This document shows, one piece after another, positions 1 through 12,430 of a DNA stretch of 64,000 nt. This DNA comes from Lama glama (taxonomy: Eukaryota): the NCBI GenBank assembly GCA_028534125.1, contig CM052818.1, forward strand, positions 26,290,001-26,354,000. The letters are read 5' to 3'. The notes under the pieces are model-generated. The model saw only the letters and a program-made list of their open reading frames with translations, did not search any database and was not told where the DNA came from. The stretch's first letter is position 1; each line of letters begins with the position of its first letter. The translations under genes and the position numbers were made by a program.

Positions 1-24
1 TACAATCTGCTTTCAAAAGTAGTT

Positions 25-165
25 TTGAATTAATCCTCCCACGCCCATTGTGACATGCATGACGTATCGTGTCGTTTTTCCTACCTAAGATGAAGAAGTT
101 GAGGTTCAGAGAGGCAAAGCAACCTGCCCAAAGGCACAAGGCAAACAGAACCAGAGTCTGCTGCC
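25..165 (-). mobile_element. MIR SINE fragment
   Basis: AGATGAAGAAGTTGAGGTTCAGAGAGGCAAAGCAACCTGCCCAAAGGCAC resembles the reverse-strand MIR core; boundaries approximate. Confidence 0.6.
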
Positions 166-249
166 TCCAACTCTTTTGCTTTTCCTACCATCCCTTATAC
201 ATTAACTTCTCTAAGTCGGAGAGGAACCATCATTTTCAATCATCATTGA

Positions 250-392
250 AATAATGACAACTTTACTGGACACTCTCTCTGTGTGAGGTAAGCATGCTAG
301 CTGTGTTATCTCATTTAATCCTTAAAATAACCTGTGGGCAGGAGCTATTTTCATCTCTGTTTACAGATGAGAGAACTGAGGCTTAGAGAGAT
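250..392 (-). mobile_element. MIR SINE
   Basis: ATCTCATTTAATCCT...TTTACAGATGAGAGAACTGAGGCTTAGAGAG is a reverse MIR core. Confidence 0.8.
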
Positions 393-689
393 CAGAGAAA
401 CCCAACCAGCCAAAGCTCACATTCTGAGCCATCTTGTTGAAAAAATTCCCATTGGTAATTGGAATGATTTTCCCCACCCGCTGACCTCATCAAGTCATAC
501 TGAAGGCAAAATCAGATGATAGATGTGAAAACGCTTTTGAAAGTTAAACGTGTGAGGCATAATAAGGAAAAATTAAAATCTCAACTCCTGCAGATCTTAT
601 AACGAAGCCCAAACTAACTTCCAAGAAACTGACATGAACACAAGTCCTCACTGAAGTGGCAGAGCTACATAAAAAAGTCAAAAAGGGAA

Positions 690-930
690 GTTGCAGGAGC
701 CCAGAAGCACCAGTCCTGGAGGACTTCATGAAAGAGGTGACTTAAGTTTGCTTAAGTTCTCAGCAATATGGCAGGTACAGAATATAAGAGAGGAGAGGTA
801 TTCCAAGCAGAAACACTGACCAGCAGGGCCAGGCTGCCCTGTTCCCGGGAAGGTAGGCAGGAGTCCAGATGGAGATGGAGAGTCTGATGAGAATCAGTGG
901 AAAGAGAATCAGTGGAAGGAGGAGATGCTG
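690..930 (-). mobile_element. L2 LINE fragment
   Basis: GGACTTCATGAAAGAGGTGAC...GTATTCCAAGCAGAAAC resembles antisense L2 3' region; highly diverged. Confidence 0.5.
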
Positions 931-950
931 TTAAGGTCATAACAATGAGG

Positions 951-1008
951 GTGTGTGTGAGCGTGTGTGTATATGTGAGTGTGCATGTGTGTGTGAACAT
1001 GTATGTGT
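951..1008. repeat. degenerate (TG)n microsatellite
   Basis: GTGTGTGTGAGCGTGTGTGTATATGTGAGTGTGCATGTGTGTGTG seen directly. Confidence 0.85.
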
Positions 1009-1809
1009 GACAGGCAGGGGCCCTCACCCCACCTCTGCAGTGTCATGCACAACAGCTTCCACATTCTCTTAAACACAGACCCAGCCTCTTCTTCCACTGA
1101 GCAATTCTTGCTGCCACAATCCTCGATCACCGTCAGAATCAAAATACACTCTGATCTTGGCTCAGACTCTTGCTCTCATTTGTGGGCCTTTTCCATGGAC
1201 TTTTATGTCTCTGTTTACTTTGTGTGTTTTGTGAGTGGCTCATGCCTTTAAAGGAAATACACCAACCTCAGCCTGTCATTACGGCCCTTTGCCGGCCACT
1301 GGCTGTGCTCACCCCGCTCCCGGGATGGATGAGCCTGGGCTTTTAATTTGCTGTGAGAGGAGATAATTTTTGCTTGAATTTCTACCTCTGAAAATAAACC
1401 AGGGTGGTGCTTCCCGGCTAGGAATCCACAGAGGCAAGCTCACCCCTAGGGCCAGTGCCAGGGGAGGCTTAGCCAGGGCTGGAATGGCTGGTCTCAGTGT
1501 CCCTCACCCCCTTTCCTTTACTGGATTTCGAAACATACAATTAGTGTTTTCTTTAAAAGCTCAAGATGGTAAAGTTAAGAAAGTTCAGGGAGGCTTTCGG
1601 ATAATGCACACAAGGATTCCAGAGGTGGGATTCTGTGAAATCTCACACTCGAGGGATACTAACCCCTCCACTCAGTCCTCATCCCGTTACAGCTGCGTTC
1701 AAGTTCAAGCACATCATAGCCATCCCACCAGGGCTACACTCCATGCCTTCACCTTCTTTTGAAAAACACATCATGCATAGAAATACCTAGGCAAAGTACC
1801 ACAAATCAA

Positions 1810-1930
1810 AGCACTCTGAATTGCAAGTCAGGTCATTGGTTTTTGGTTAATGGGCAAGATCCTTCTCACCTATAAAATAAGGTAGCTGGAGAGGACATTC
1901 TAAGGTTCCTTCCAGCACAGAGGTCCATGT
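1810..1930 (+). mobile_element. MIR3-like SINE fragment
   Basis: CTCACCTATAAAATAAGG...TCTAAGGTTCCTTCCAGCAC matches the MIR3-type core and 3' end. Confidence 0.5.
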
Positions 1931-2189
1931 GTCTTGGACTCCATTTCCTGGCTTGTTTCAGCACAACTGACCTATGTAAAGTATTGTGAAACCTGAGTGG
2001 GTCATACAAGTTCAGATGGTATGACGATGGCCGGGAATTGTACATTTCAGCTGTGGCTTAGGACTAAGATAATACAGAAGGAGAACCAAAGGCAGGGAAG
2101 CTCAGAGTGGTAGAGAAGTATGAATCCATAAGGACCATGCCCCATGTGATCGGGGGCCTTATAGAAGGTCCCTCCTGTGCCTAGGTCTC

Positions 2190-2340
2190 TTTTCAAATCC
2201 TGTCCCTCTACTCATCAGCCGTGCCACCTTGGGAAAGTTACATAACCTCTCTTAGTGTCCCCATCTATAACATGGGAAAGATAACAGACCCACCTCACTG
2301 AGCTGTCCTGAGGTTTAAGACAGATCTTATAAGTGTGGTG
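2190..2340 (+). mobile_element. MIR SINE
   Basis: TTCAAATCCTG...CCTTGGGAAAGTTACATAACCTCTC...CCCATCTATAACATGGG. Confidence 0.75.
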
Positions 2341-2364
2341 GTCATTTGTGCAGCTCACTAACAG

Positions 2365-2732
2365 TGCTCACCTTCCTCCTTTTGGGCCCATGGGAGACTG
2401 TATTTTCCTAGTCCTTGAAGTTGGACTTATCCGTGGGACTTGCTCTGGCCAATGAAATGAAAGCAGAAGTGTTCTGTGTTGCTCTACACAGAAGTATTTA
2501 GTAGCCAGTGTAAGACACAGTTGTGCTCCCTTCTTGCCATGGCAACTAGTAATGCCATAGATGGAACACATGGAAACTCTTTTATTCCAGGTCAAAATAT
2601 AAAGAAATGCGGAGTAGAGTCCCCTAGCCAACCCATACGGGACTTTTAATGAGATTGAGAAGTAAACTTACCATTTGCTACTGAGATTTGGTTTGTTACC
2701 ACAACATAGACTAGCCTACCTCGACAATGACA
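2365..2732 (+). mobile_element. MaLR LTR (MLT1I/J-like)
   Basis: GACTTGCTCTGGCCAATGAAATGAAAGCAGAAGTG and the 3' end CTACTGAGATTTGGTTTGTTACCACAACATAGACTAGCCTACCT are typical of old MLT1 LTRs. Confidence 0.7.
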
Positions 2733-3609
2733 ACACATTCTGAAGTACCTAGCATAGCCCTTAGAAGTAGTGACCTCATCACAAATGACAGTTGCTATAT
2801 CGCTTTTTACAACAAAGGCCAGGATGACTATCTTTTGACACAACCACACAGAATCTAACACAGTTCTGAGCAAATGCTTGCACATGCTTTCATAGTGACA
2901 GAGGATGAATTCAAAATCATTGGAGTCTATGAGAACCCAGGGAAACACTGTGCCCAAGAAAAGGGAAACTCTTCCCAACAACCAGAGAGGGAGGACCCAT
3001 ATTTACCACAGGTACAGAGCCAAGTCGTTGTGTACCTTGGTTTTCACTAACTGGAAGAAAGGTAATAGAAAAACTGGTTTCTTTCTCCACTTCAGTGACA
3101 TAAGCCTAACTCATTCTCTGCTCAGAGTAACAGGTAATGCATGCTGGAGGCTTGATTCCAATATTTGGTATAGATTCCTTAGTGCAAACACCAAAATCTT
3201 TGTACACATCAACATATGTTATAGCAATACTTTTCCTTTTAAACTCAGTAAGTTATAAAACCATAGGAATCTCATTTACATTAGGGAAAAGGGAACCACA
3301 GGTAAAGAACCTAGCCATTCCTTCCCAGGGCATCACTGGTGACAAAGATACAGAAGAGGCAGTGCAGGCACAAGCTAAGAACATGATCTTGGGTGGCCAA
3401 GAGACAGAAGTTTGCATCCCAACTCCTTCACTTAACTGTAAGATGGTATGTGTTCAGGAACTTAGAACTGTTCCTAATACATAGACAACAGTCAGTAAAT
3501 ATAAGTTTCATCATATACAACAGGTTGGTTGATAGTTTCTCACATTTTCTATTATTGTCTTAGTCATTTATTCACTCAAAAAATATTTGCTTCAAATTTT
3601 CTCTGTGCC

Positions 3610-3755
3610 ACTATTTCATTTAATCTTCCCAGCAACTCTTTGTGATAGATAATATTGTTCTCATTCATAAGGGACTAAACTGAGGCACAGAGGCAATAAG
3701 AATCTCAAGATGATGTAGTTAAATGAAAGAGCAGGGCTTTAAACTTAGATCTTAA
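3610..3755 (-). mobile_element. MIR SINE
   Basis: TTTCATTTAATCTTCCCAGCAACTCT...AAACTGAGGCACAGAG. Confidence 0.65.
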
Positions 3756-4581
3756 ATAGAGAAGTCTCACAAAGTCATAGTCTATAGACAAGTGGATCTT
3801 GTGAGTAAATTCAAAAATCTACACAGCTCCTAGAAAAGGAGAAGAGGTTCTTTCAATACCGCCCAACCCACTCTGAAACTCAGTGAGTTTGAATGTGACA
3901 GGGATGTTTAATATAGAAAGGTATGCTGACAAGGACTGAGTCATCTCCTGAGCATAAATACCATCTGTGCAGGGAATGTGTGGCTAAATAGGGAAAGTGA
4001 CTCCCCTGACGGCCATGCAGACCCAACATGGCAGTTGAGGACCAGCATCCCTTGTTCTGTGGCCCAAGAGGTCTCCAGAAGGAGGATGGTGACCTGGGTC
4101 TCTAAAGCAATCCTTGAACACAAGTTTAAAGCTTATCCAGTAAGTTAAACACAATCTCAGGGATCTTACCTTCTCATGCAGGTGCCCTGGTGACTACTGG
4201 GAGTCCCAACTGTGCTCAGGGACAAGTGTGCACATCCACCGGCCATGCCCTGGGAGGAAGGGAGCTGGAGCTGTAGGACAGAGCCTACTTTCCAGCCACT
4301 CAGCTGCTGCACCTCCCAAGTCTCTGTCAGATGCTGCCTCTGTGTTCACCAGAAAAATGTGAAGACTGCCCTTCTCCCCCAAATCTCACAAGATCTCTCA
4401 TCAGTGGAGCCCAATAAGCCTCTGACTTAGTCTGTGATTCCCACAGAGAGAGAAGAGCCAAGACTGGACCCCTTTCCTCAGCCCCACTTACCTAAGCACA
4501 TCCTCGTCCTTCATCCAAACAAAAGGGCCTGTGCACGTCAATTCCTTCAAATAACGCCTAGGATTGGGGAAGTGGTCTCCT

Positions 4582-4713
4582 CCAGGGTGGCTCCATCATG
4601 CATCATCCAAACTGGAAACGCTGGAGAGCACAAATGCAGATGAGGTGGGACTCTAGAATAATGGGCATAAAGCGGGATTGTCCCAGGAAGACTGGGGCCT
4701 GTGTGCACACTTA
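4582..4713 (-). mobile_element. MER94-like hAT-Blackjack MITE
   Basis: CAGGGTGGC...CATCCAAACTGGAAAC...GCGGGATTGTCCCAGGAAGACTGGGGCCTGTGTGCACACTTA resembles reverse MER94. Confidence 0.55.
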
Positions 4714-6329
4714 CTCCCCATCAAACCCGTCTCTGCTGGCCCTGCTGCAAATTCTGTGGACTCAACCCTTGACTGGTGCTGCGTTTACATTTACTGGCCA
4801 AAAGGTGCAAAATAGAACCATGGGAGCGATGGCTGCCTGCCTAGAAATATAAGACAAGTAACTGGAGATTTAAACAAAGAAATGGGTTTAGGGGCTTGAA
4901 TTTCTACCAAATCGACCCAACCACCATGGAAGCCAGAGGCCCCAGTTTAGGAGATGGCTGCCTATAGCCTGGTTGGTGGCATTTTGGGGGCAGAAGGAGG
5001 AAATCCTCTCAGTCAAGGATGCTTGTCCTCACTGGTGCTGATTTGCTGCTGCCCATTAAAGGGATCTTATTTAAGACAAGAGGCATTTGTTTCCTCTCGA
5101 TGCCTTAAACAAGGCTGCTCCCTGGACTGGAGAGTAAGTACAGCATCTGAGAACAGTTGTCTTCAGGCTGGCACAGCAACCTTCCCCCTGTGCAATTCTC
5201 TGTTTAAAGCCCAGCCCGACACTTACTGACTTTATTGTGCTGCATCCATGGGGAAATCACCATCACCGGTTTGAATGGGCTAATCAAGACCTATGAAATG
5301 CTGTCTGCATGAATTGCCACTTTCCTGGAGATCAAAGCCACGTGGCTGAGGAGACTGACTTTCGGCTGCTTTTCTTGCATCCTTTTCTGATCAAAGTGAT
5401 TTATTACTTGAATGTCATAATCAGCTCAAGGTCTTTTTACTTCAGTATTTGGTACCAGACTGTTGAGTATTGGATGATTTAGTGGTTTCAGTCTATGAAA
5501 CCTTTATAAGGCTTAATCTGCCTTATAAACAGACCAGTGATTTAAAAAAAAAATCCTCCTCTATGAGCATCTATGAAACAGGAGGAGGTAAGACTTTAAA
5601 AATCTAAAAAGCCTCATTTAGTCTCATCTTCCGGTAACCTGGGGATAGACAACACGTGGTGATGCGGAAGTGCTGGGCCTGGACCTGCATGGAACGGAGC
5701 CGAGTGAGAAGCAGTTTCACACCATGTGTAGTGAGGAGCCACTGGGATGCTTTGGCATAATTTCTCAGTGGAGGGGGCTCTGGGGCACTGGCTCCTGTCC
5801 CTGGACTCCCCCTCCTAGCTATAGGGAGGAGGTCCATGGGACTCCCACAGACAGAGAAACTTCCAGGGCCAGGCCCAGTTGTCAGGGCTCCTGCAATCTC
5901 CCTGCTAACCTCAAGAGAAATGAACCATAAGGGTCTAAGCGTTTGGATCTCATTCTATGCTGCCCCTGTCAAGAGAAGTGTCTGTTCTGAGTTTGTACTC
6001 ACTCCTCAAGCCCAGGCAAGCTGGGCACTGTGTAGGGTAGAGCATGTGGGCAGCTGCTCAGTGGAGGAGGGGCTACAGACCACTTCCCTGGTTTCTATGA
6101 CCAAGGACCCCTGGGAGCTCTGTGGTGTTAACTTCCCCCCACACTCCATAGCCCTGCAGCTTTCTTCGATACCACTTAAACACTTACACTGAGGATGCCT
6201 CCCTGCACTTTGCCCTGCCACTTGATGTCCCAGGGCCTGACCCGGCCTGCCCGGCTTCATCTTGATAGGGCCTTCCCCATAGTGTGTACTGAGCACCTGG
6301 GCCAGCAGGCTACCAGGTGGGTTCCAAAG

Positions 6330-6395
6330 AGACTGCCTGGCACCTAGTAGCAGCTCGCTAAATATTTGGTAGATGAATGAATGAAGGAACAAATG
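6330..6395 (+). mobile_element. L2 3' terminus
   Basis: TGCCTGGCACCTAGTAGCAGCTCGCTAAATATTTGGTAGATGAATGAATGAA is the L2 tail with (TGAA)n. Confidence 0.75.
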
Positions 6396-6639
6396 ATGAA
6401 ATTCTAGCTCTGCTTCCCTTTGGGAGGAGAATACGCTTCTTCTTGACTCAGACTGGGAGGGTGATGGGAGTGGTTTGAGCCACCCACCACCCACTCCAGT
6501 CTGAAGAATCTAGGAGGAGAGACCAGAATCAAGGGAGCAAGAGGAAGCACCTTGCTCAGGCTGTTTTCTCTAGGAACTGCTGCCAGAGGGCCAGAGCAAG
6601 GCTCTCCTGTGAGGATGAGGGAGAAAGAAGCATTTCCCC

Positions 6640-6808
6640 CGAATGCTTAGAAGGCACAAAGATCACTTAAGAAATCTGATGGAAATCCAGATTCCTGGGC
6701 CCCACTCAGGACATTTCCTGGGATGAGATGGAAAGAGGGGAACAGCAACCTGAATTCAGACGCATCCCCAGGCCCTTCTAAGACACCGCTAGGACTGGGA
6801 ATCACTAA
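6640..6808. mobile_element. MER5-like hAT-Charlie MITE
   Basis: GATCACTTAAGAAATCTG...CCAGATTCCTGGGCCCCACTC...GGGAATCACT. Confidence 0.55.
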
Positions 6809-9800
6809 ACATTAGAGCATTAAAACTTCAAAAGTGCGTTAAAACATCCCTTTCTTTGTTAAAACCTGTGGAGAAGTAAATTTGACCCCTAATGACCATT
6901 TTCCTTCCTGACAGCTTTAGAAGCAGCAGTTCCCTCCTTTCCTAAAACAAGGCTACTCTCTGGGTTCTTTACGTCCTAGACCAGCAAGAATCTTCCAGTG
7001 ACTCCAGTGCAGTGTGGGCTGCAAACTGCCTTCCAAGCATTCCAGACTCCCACGGATGCAGCTCCCAGTAAGTTCCCAAACTGCTGGAAATGAGGCTGTG
7101 AGCTTTCCTTCAGGGCTCACCAGATCCCAATAGCTTCTAGAAGGGGTTCTCCCTGGCTGTTGAGCACTGACAGCTCAGGAAGAGGTAAAACTTGATGAGT
7201 ATTGCAGAATGAACCCCCTGGAAAGAGCTAAATTCCCATATTGTGTGAAGGGCAGAAATGTGCCTTTAAAAAAAAATGAGTGAAGCCAGAAGGCGCGTTG
7301 CTAACAACATTCTGAATTAAGTAACAAGAACAACTGTACTTGTTGCCGGTGCCAAGGCAGGAAATAACTCCTTTTCCTTTAATTTCTTTGTTTACATTAT
7401 TTCCTTTGCTCCATAGGACATGCTCAGAGAAGGTCTGTTTTTTTCTTTTGTTTTGGTTTTGAGTGTTTGGTCAGTAGGATTTGGTCCTATTGAGCCTCAG
7501 CCCAGGGAGCTGGTGGTGCAGCATCGCCTTCCCAGCGGCCCAGAGCCCCACTGCAGAGGCCACTGTTGTGAGGCACAGCAGACTCACTGAGGAATGAAGA
7601 ATGAAGACAGCAAACACCAGGACACATCTGCTCCCCAGCTGGGATAGCACCTGCCCTGTCCAGCAGCACAGTCCCTGCCCGTGGCCGGCTGAGCCGGGCA
7701 GGGCTGACTTGCATGTTGCTGGGCAGAGGGGGAGCCTTGTTGCCTTTCTCACATCCTTAGGTCTGCTTCTTGGCACAGTCCTTCATGAATGTCAAATACA
7801 AGAATGAGAGGATAAGGAAACAACAGACGATCTCCAAAGTGGGCCCAGTAAATTTCTCTATCTCAGCCTTTTCACACACTTACTTATAGATGCACTCAAG
7901 TTGTGGGGAAGGAGGGTAGGAGGAGAGTGAAGAAAGAGGAGGAGCGGGGGTGGGGGTGTGGGGGAAGGAGGGAGAGTAGAGGGAGGGAGAGAGGATGACA
8001 CATCACAAGGCTCTCCATGGGTTGAAATCATGGATGGCTGCTTAGGAGGTGGAGGGAGGTCCCATCCCGCGTCACCATGGCTCAGGGAAGTCAGGTGCAT
8101 CACCTGCCCACTTCATCCATTCTTTACAGCGTCAAGAGGTAAGAGTGGCCCATGGTGAATGGTTCTAGACCATTCTAGGGCAGTGTGTACCCTCACTGTT
8201 CCTCACCCGTGGTCTCCTGCCCCAGAATGTTCCTGAGAAAGTGTGTGAAGTCTTGCTCTTTTCAAGGCTGGTTCTTGGTCTCAAACTCCAAGAACCCACT
8301 GGTTGATCTTTGGTTTCTCCACATCGTGACACTGGGGGCATGAAGGGGCTCTACCTCTACTCTGCATTGCCGGTCCAGGACAGGGAGAGAAGGCGCAGGA
8401 GCCAATGTCCACGGGGGATTTGGGGGAAGGGAGGGAGCCCAACACATTTAACCCCTTCCTTTCCACTCTGCTCTCAAAGGCATGTCATGACAATATCCAA
8501 GCTTGGTGGATCTGAACGTTCATGGCTCTCTGGCACAGCAGATGACCTCAATGAGGAAAACAACCCACCGGGTGTGCAATGGAGAGATCCTACTTCACAT
8601 ACATTTTTCTGCCTTCCAATAACAGGAGAAAATCACTGCTCTTTTGGTTCAAGCAAAAAATAAGACTGTTTTTGGAAAGCCCTATTTAAAGGGTTCATTA
8701 TCTCACAGGCTGCTAACTACATACTCTGCTCCACACTCAATAAAAGCTTCATATAACTGTCTTTGAAATTAACAGCCACGTCTTGTGCTTCTCAAGTTAT
8801 TAAAGATGTTGGCATGGCCGAGAGACTGTAAACTTTCTATACTGGTGATTAGTAAGCGGGACTACATCCCACCAAATCCCCCAGAGCGTTCCTAACAAAA
8901 AGTTCCTTGTGACCCAAGCACCAATTTTTCTTTCTTGTCTGTTCATTCTAATTCCACTCAATTACTCCTGAGCAAACTGTTTTATTCCTGTCAACTCATG
9001 TTATTTATTGGAGCCTGTCAGGAGGACCGAAGTGGAGGCTGATATTATGTAGGATGTTTTGAGACTCGTTAAAACACTTTAAAACAATCACCTATTGTGA
9101 TATTCACAGCCCTGTACGGGGTGGCCGTGCCTGGGCCATTTGGAGCCTGGATCACTTTATTTATTTGCTATTAAAAGTTTCAGGTTAGAAAGCCCTTTCT
9201 TGCTGAAGAAATTTTGCTGCAGGACCTGGTCTGGGCTCCTGGAGACATCTGGGCAGGGATCTGAAAGTAAATGGATTAAGTGTGTGTGTGTTGGGGGGAG
9301 GGGTTGTATCCAGGAATAGCTCTGCCTCTGACTGATGGGCTGAGGAGGAATGGGGGTCAGCAGGCAGCACCAAGTAGCCAGAGAGGTTTGCCCCCTAGAC
9401 AAGAGAAAAATTTCCCTAGGAGAGTTTACGAGCAGATTTCCTATGAAGATGGAGCAGTCCCTGCTGTGTCCCTTTTAGTCCATCATCATTCATACAATTC
9501 CTGAACAATTTGTATGAACAAGGCATCAGCCTAGATTTCCTGAGGTGGTAAAGCAGATAACTCTGTAGCTCTTGCATCACTAGATGAAAGGCCCATTTTA
9601 TTGATGGCACGTGGAATGTCAGGTGCAGCCAGAGCCCTGGGCCAAAGAGGGACCATAACAACCTCATTCTGTCTGCTCACGCTCCCAGTTTCCTTTTGCT
9701 TCTCACTCTGATCTCCCAGCTGCCCATGTTCCTCTCTGCTACGAACATATAGTCCTGATTGGCTTTTGGCAGGAGCTCGGCCTAGACAGACCCTGAGTTT

Positions 9801-10474
9801 GGAGGCTGATGGCTGTGCTCTAGGCCCTGAGAATCCAACAAGAAAGCTGTGCTCAACCTGGAGTGGAAATAGAGGATTCTTGGTTTCCAACTCCCAAGAT
9901 CTGGAACTCCTTCCAGGTGGAAAAAAGTTCTCCTTTCTTCAATGATTCTAAGATGCTCTATGGTTTCAATGGTTGCGACGGTCTCAAGGCAATGCTCAGA
10001 AAACAGCCAAGTCACCCCAGCTCGCTGCATGCATCACCTCACACACTTCTAGGACATGGTGTTCCCACAAGCATCACATCTCTTCGCACATGCCGTCCTC
10101 ACCCTAAGCTGGAGACAGTAGGACAGAGCAGCCTGGGCAGGGGTCAGGGTGGTGAGGATGGAGGTTCTGAGCCATGCGCCATCAGGTAGGTTACTTCTCC
10201 TTCCTTTAAAGACATTATGAGGAGTCTTTCCCTTTCCTGCTGTGTTCTTCAGGCAGTGAGGTGCTAATCTATGCTCCAAGAGAAGGCAGTTTCCAGTCAC
10301 ATACTTGGAGAACACTACCCACTATATCCCCAGCTCCTAGGCCAGCTTCTTGTTACCATGAGTTTGGAAAGTGTTGTACTAGCTGATCTCCAAGATCCCT
10401 TCCAACTCTTGAAATTCTAGGATGCAATGGACAGGGAATGTAAATGCAAAAAGCTGTAAGGCATTTGCCCAAGG

Positions 10475-10683
10475 CAGGGGTTTTCCATCCTGGCTGTGTA
10501 TAAATGATCACTTGGGGCAGATTTTTAGAAAACAAAACCCACAAGCCTATCTCTCAGCCCCAGGATTGTAATTCACCAAGTCTGGGGTGAGCCCCGGCAT
10601 CTGCATTTCTAACAACTCACTGGTCAGTGTTGACGTGCAGCAGACATCCGAGCTGATAAGACGGGGTCAAGTTGAGAACCAGA
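10475..10683. mobile_element. MER5A/B hAT-Charlie MITE
   Basis: CAGGGGTTTTCCATCCTGGCTG...GTCTGGGGTGAGCCCCGGCATCTGCATTTCTAACAA...GTTGAGAACCA. Confidence 0.7.
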
Positions 10684-11429
10684 CACTTTCACGAGGCTAT
10701 GAAATGAGGGAAGAGCTAGTTGCTTACTTAGTTGCTTACTTCTGTTAACAAGATTGGGCCCATGAGTGACAATGCCTGGTACGTTTTCAGAAGATACTTC
10801 ACCAGAAGTCAACAACTTAAGATGCAGTGAGGCAAAATTTGTTTTGTTTTGCTTTAAACCTCAGACTGACCCTCAAGCCACATTTTAAGGGCAAACATCT
10901 TACAGCTTAATTGATAGGTAGACATTGCCTGGAACCAGAGGGAAAGGGATGCTGGCTGCCCACCCTAGGAGTGCAGGGGCCTGAGAGGAGGAGGTCGCTG
11001 TGAAGGGTGGTCTCTTTAGTGTCCACTGGCTGCAAAAAGAGCTGATCCAGCCTTCTGTCTAGGGGATCAGAGCTTCAGGACAGAGAAGACAGGAGGTCAG
11101 GAAGAAGTCCAGGCCAGCTTCCTAGGCCAGTGAGGCTCTCATGAATCAGGCGAGTTTCTGAGTGAGGAAACCACCCTGGCCCCCTGCATCACTGGCCCAT
11201 ATGTGCACCCACACAGAAGAGCAGCCAGGCTGCTGGCCAGTGCTGCCTGCTGACTGGGAGAGTCTGGTCCTGCTTGGGAGGACAAGCCAAAAGTGATGAA
11301 CTGCACATTGACTAAAGTTCAAGGTGAAGTGCAAGCCCAGAAAATAAGTCTTACTCCTGCTACTCCCTCTCACATATTCAGACAAGCTGGATGACTCACT
11401 GCTATTTACACAGATCCTGTTCTTCTCCT

Positions 11430-11735
11430 TCACTTCTGTTTTACTCTCCCCAGCCCCATCTGTAGGACTCCTACACATACTTCAAGGCCTATGTCAGATG
11501 TCTCCTCCACTGATTTTCTCAGTAGATGCAATGATATCACTCCCCTCTGGAATTGCCAGAGTATATTGTTTGACTCTTATCATCTGGCGTTTTCTTACTG
11601 AGTGGTTTTTCTTATCTCTTTCCTCTGTAAGCCCCTGGAGAATGGAGACTGAGTCTTATGTCTCCCTCTAGTCTCAGCAGGTTTCAACACTGTGCTTTGT
11701 ATGTAACAGATATCCAGGGAACATTTAAGGAACAG
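11430..11735 (+). mobile_element. L2 LINE 3' fragment
   Basis: CTTCAAGGCCTATGTCAGATGTCTCCTCC...CTGTAAGCCCCTGGAGAATGGAGACTGAGTCTTAT. Confidence 0.7.
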
Positions 11736-12214
11736 AAGATGTTCACTGTAAACAGGAATTGTAAAGCATCATAGTCCTCACTACCCGTTAGTGGGCAGCC
11801 GTTGGTACTCCCTCCATCTCCACAGGATAGTGCCACCTGACATCAAGCATGCAGCACGACATTGACTGAAAGCCGGGCCTCCTGAGCAGAGGCAGGGTCT
11901 TGACTGGAGGATCTTGATTCCTTTGAGTTTCAGTTCCCATGTGGTGTTGAAAGACACTCCAGGCTGCATTGCTTTGGGGATCCTCCTCAAGACATACTTT
12001 AAAAAAAAGGAAATTTATTCCATTGGGAATAAAATTCAGAGGTATACATGGATCATATTTTGCAGCAGATGGGTAAATTATCTGATCCATAGGACTGATC
12101 ATTTGTCATAATGTAACACATTATTTCCCATCTTTATTATTTAGAGTTTACATGCATATAATTCTTACCTCCTTAAGAATGATTGAGCTTCCTGAGAACA
12201 GAATCAGCCATTGA

Positions 12215-12430
12215 CACAATGATAGAAAAGCCATGGGTGTTGGAGTCAGACAGATCTGGATTTGAAGCTTAGTTTCATCACGTCATAGCCAGGTACCTTG
12301 GGCAGGTCACTAAACTTCTTTGAGCTACTTTTCTAATTTATCTACTTGGAGAAATAATGCCTACAACTGTTATACTAACTGTGCAAACTCCTGGCATGTT
12401 ACCTATCACCATGTAGGTGTTCCATATTTG
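12215..12430 (+). mobile_element. MIR SINE, near full length
   Basis: TTGGAGTCAGACAGATCTGGATTTGAAG...CCTTGGGCAGGTCACTAAACTTCTTTGAGC. Confidence 0.8.

Noticed and set aside
3126..3301. Additional AG-exon-GT units of 8 nt (3126-3133) and 17 nt (3285-3301)
   Set aside because: They are not frame-preserving and have weaker context. They show that such units occur by chance, which tempers the microexon findings.
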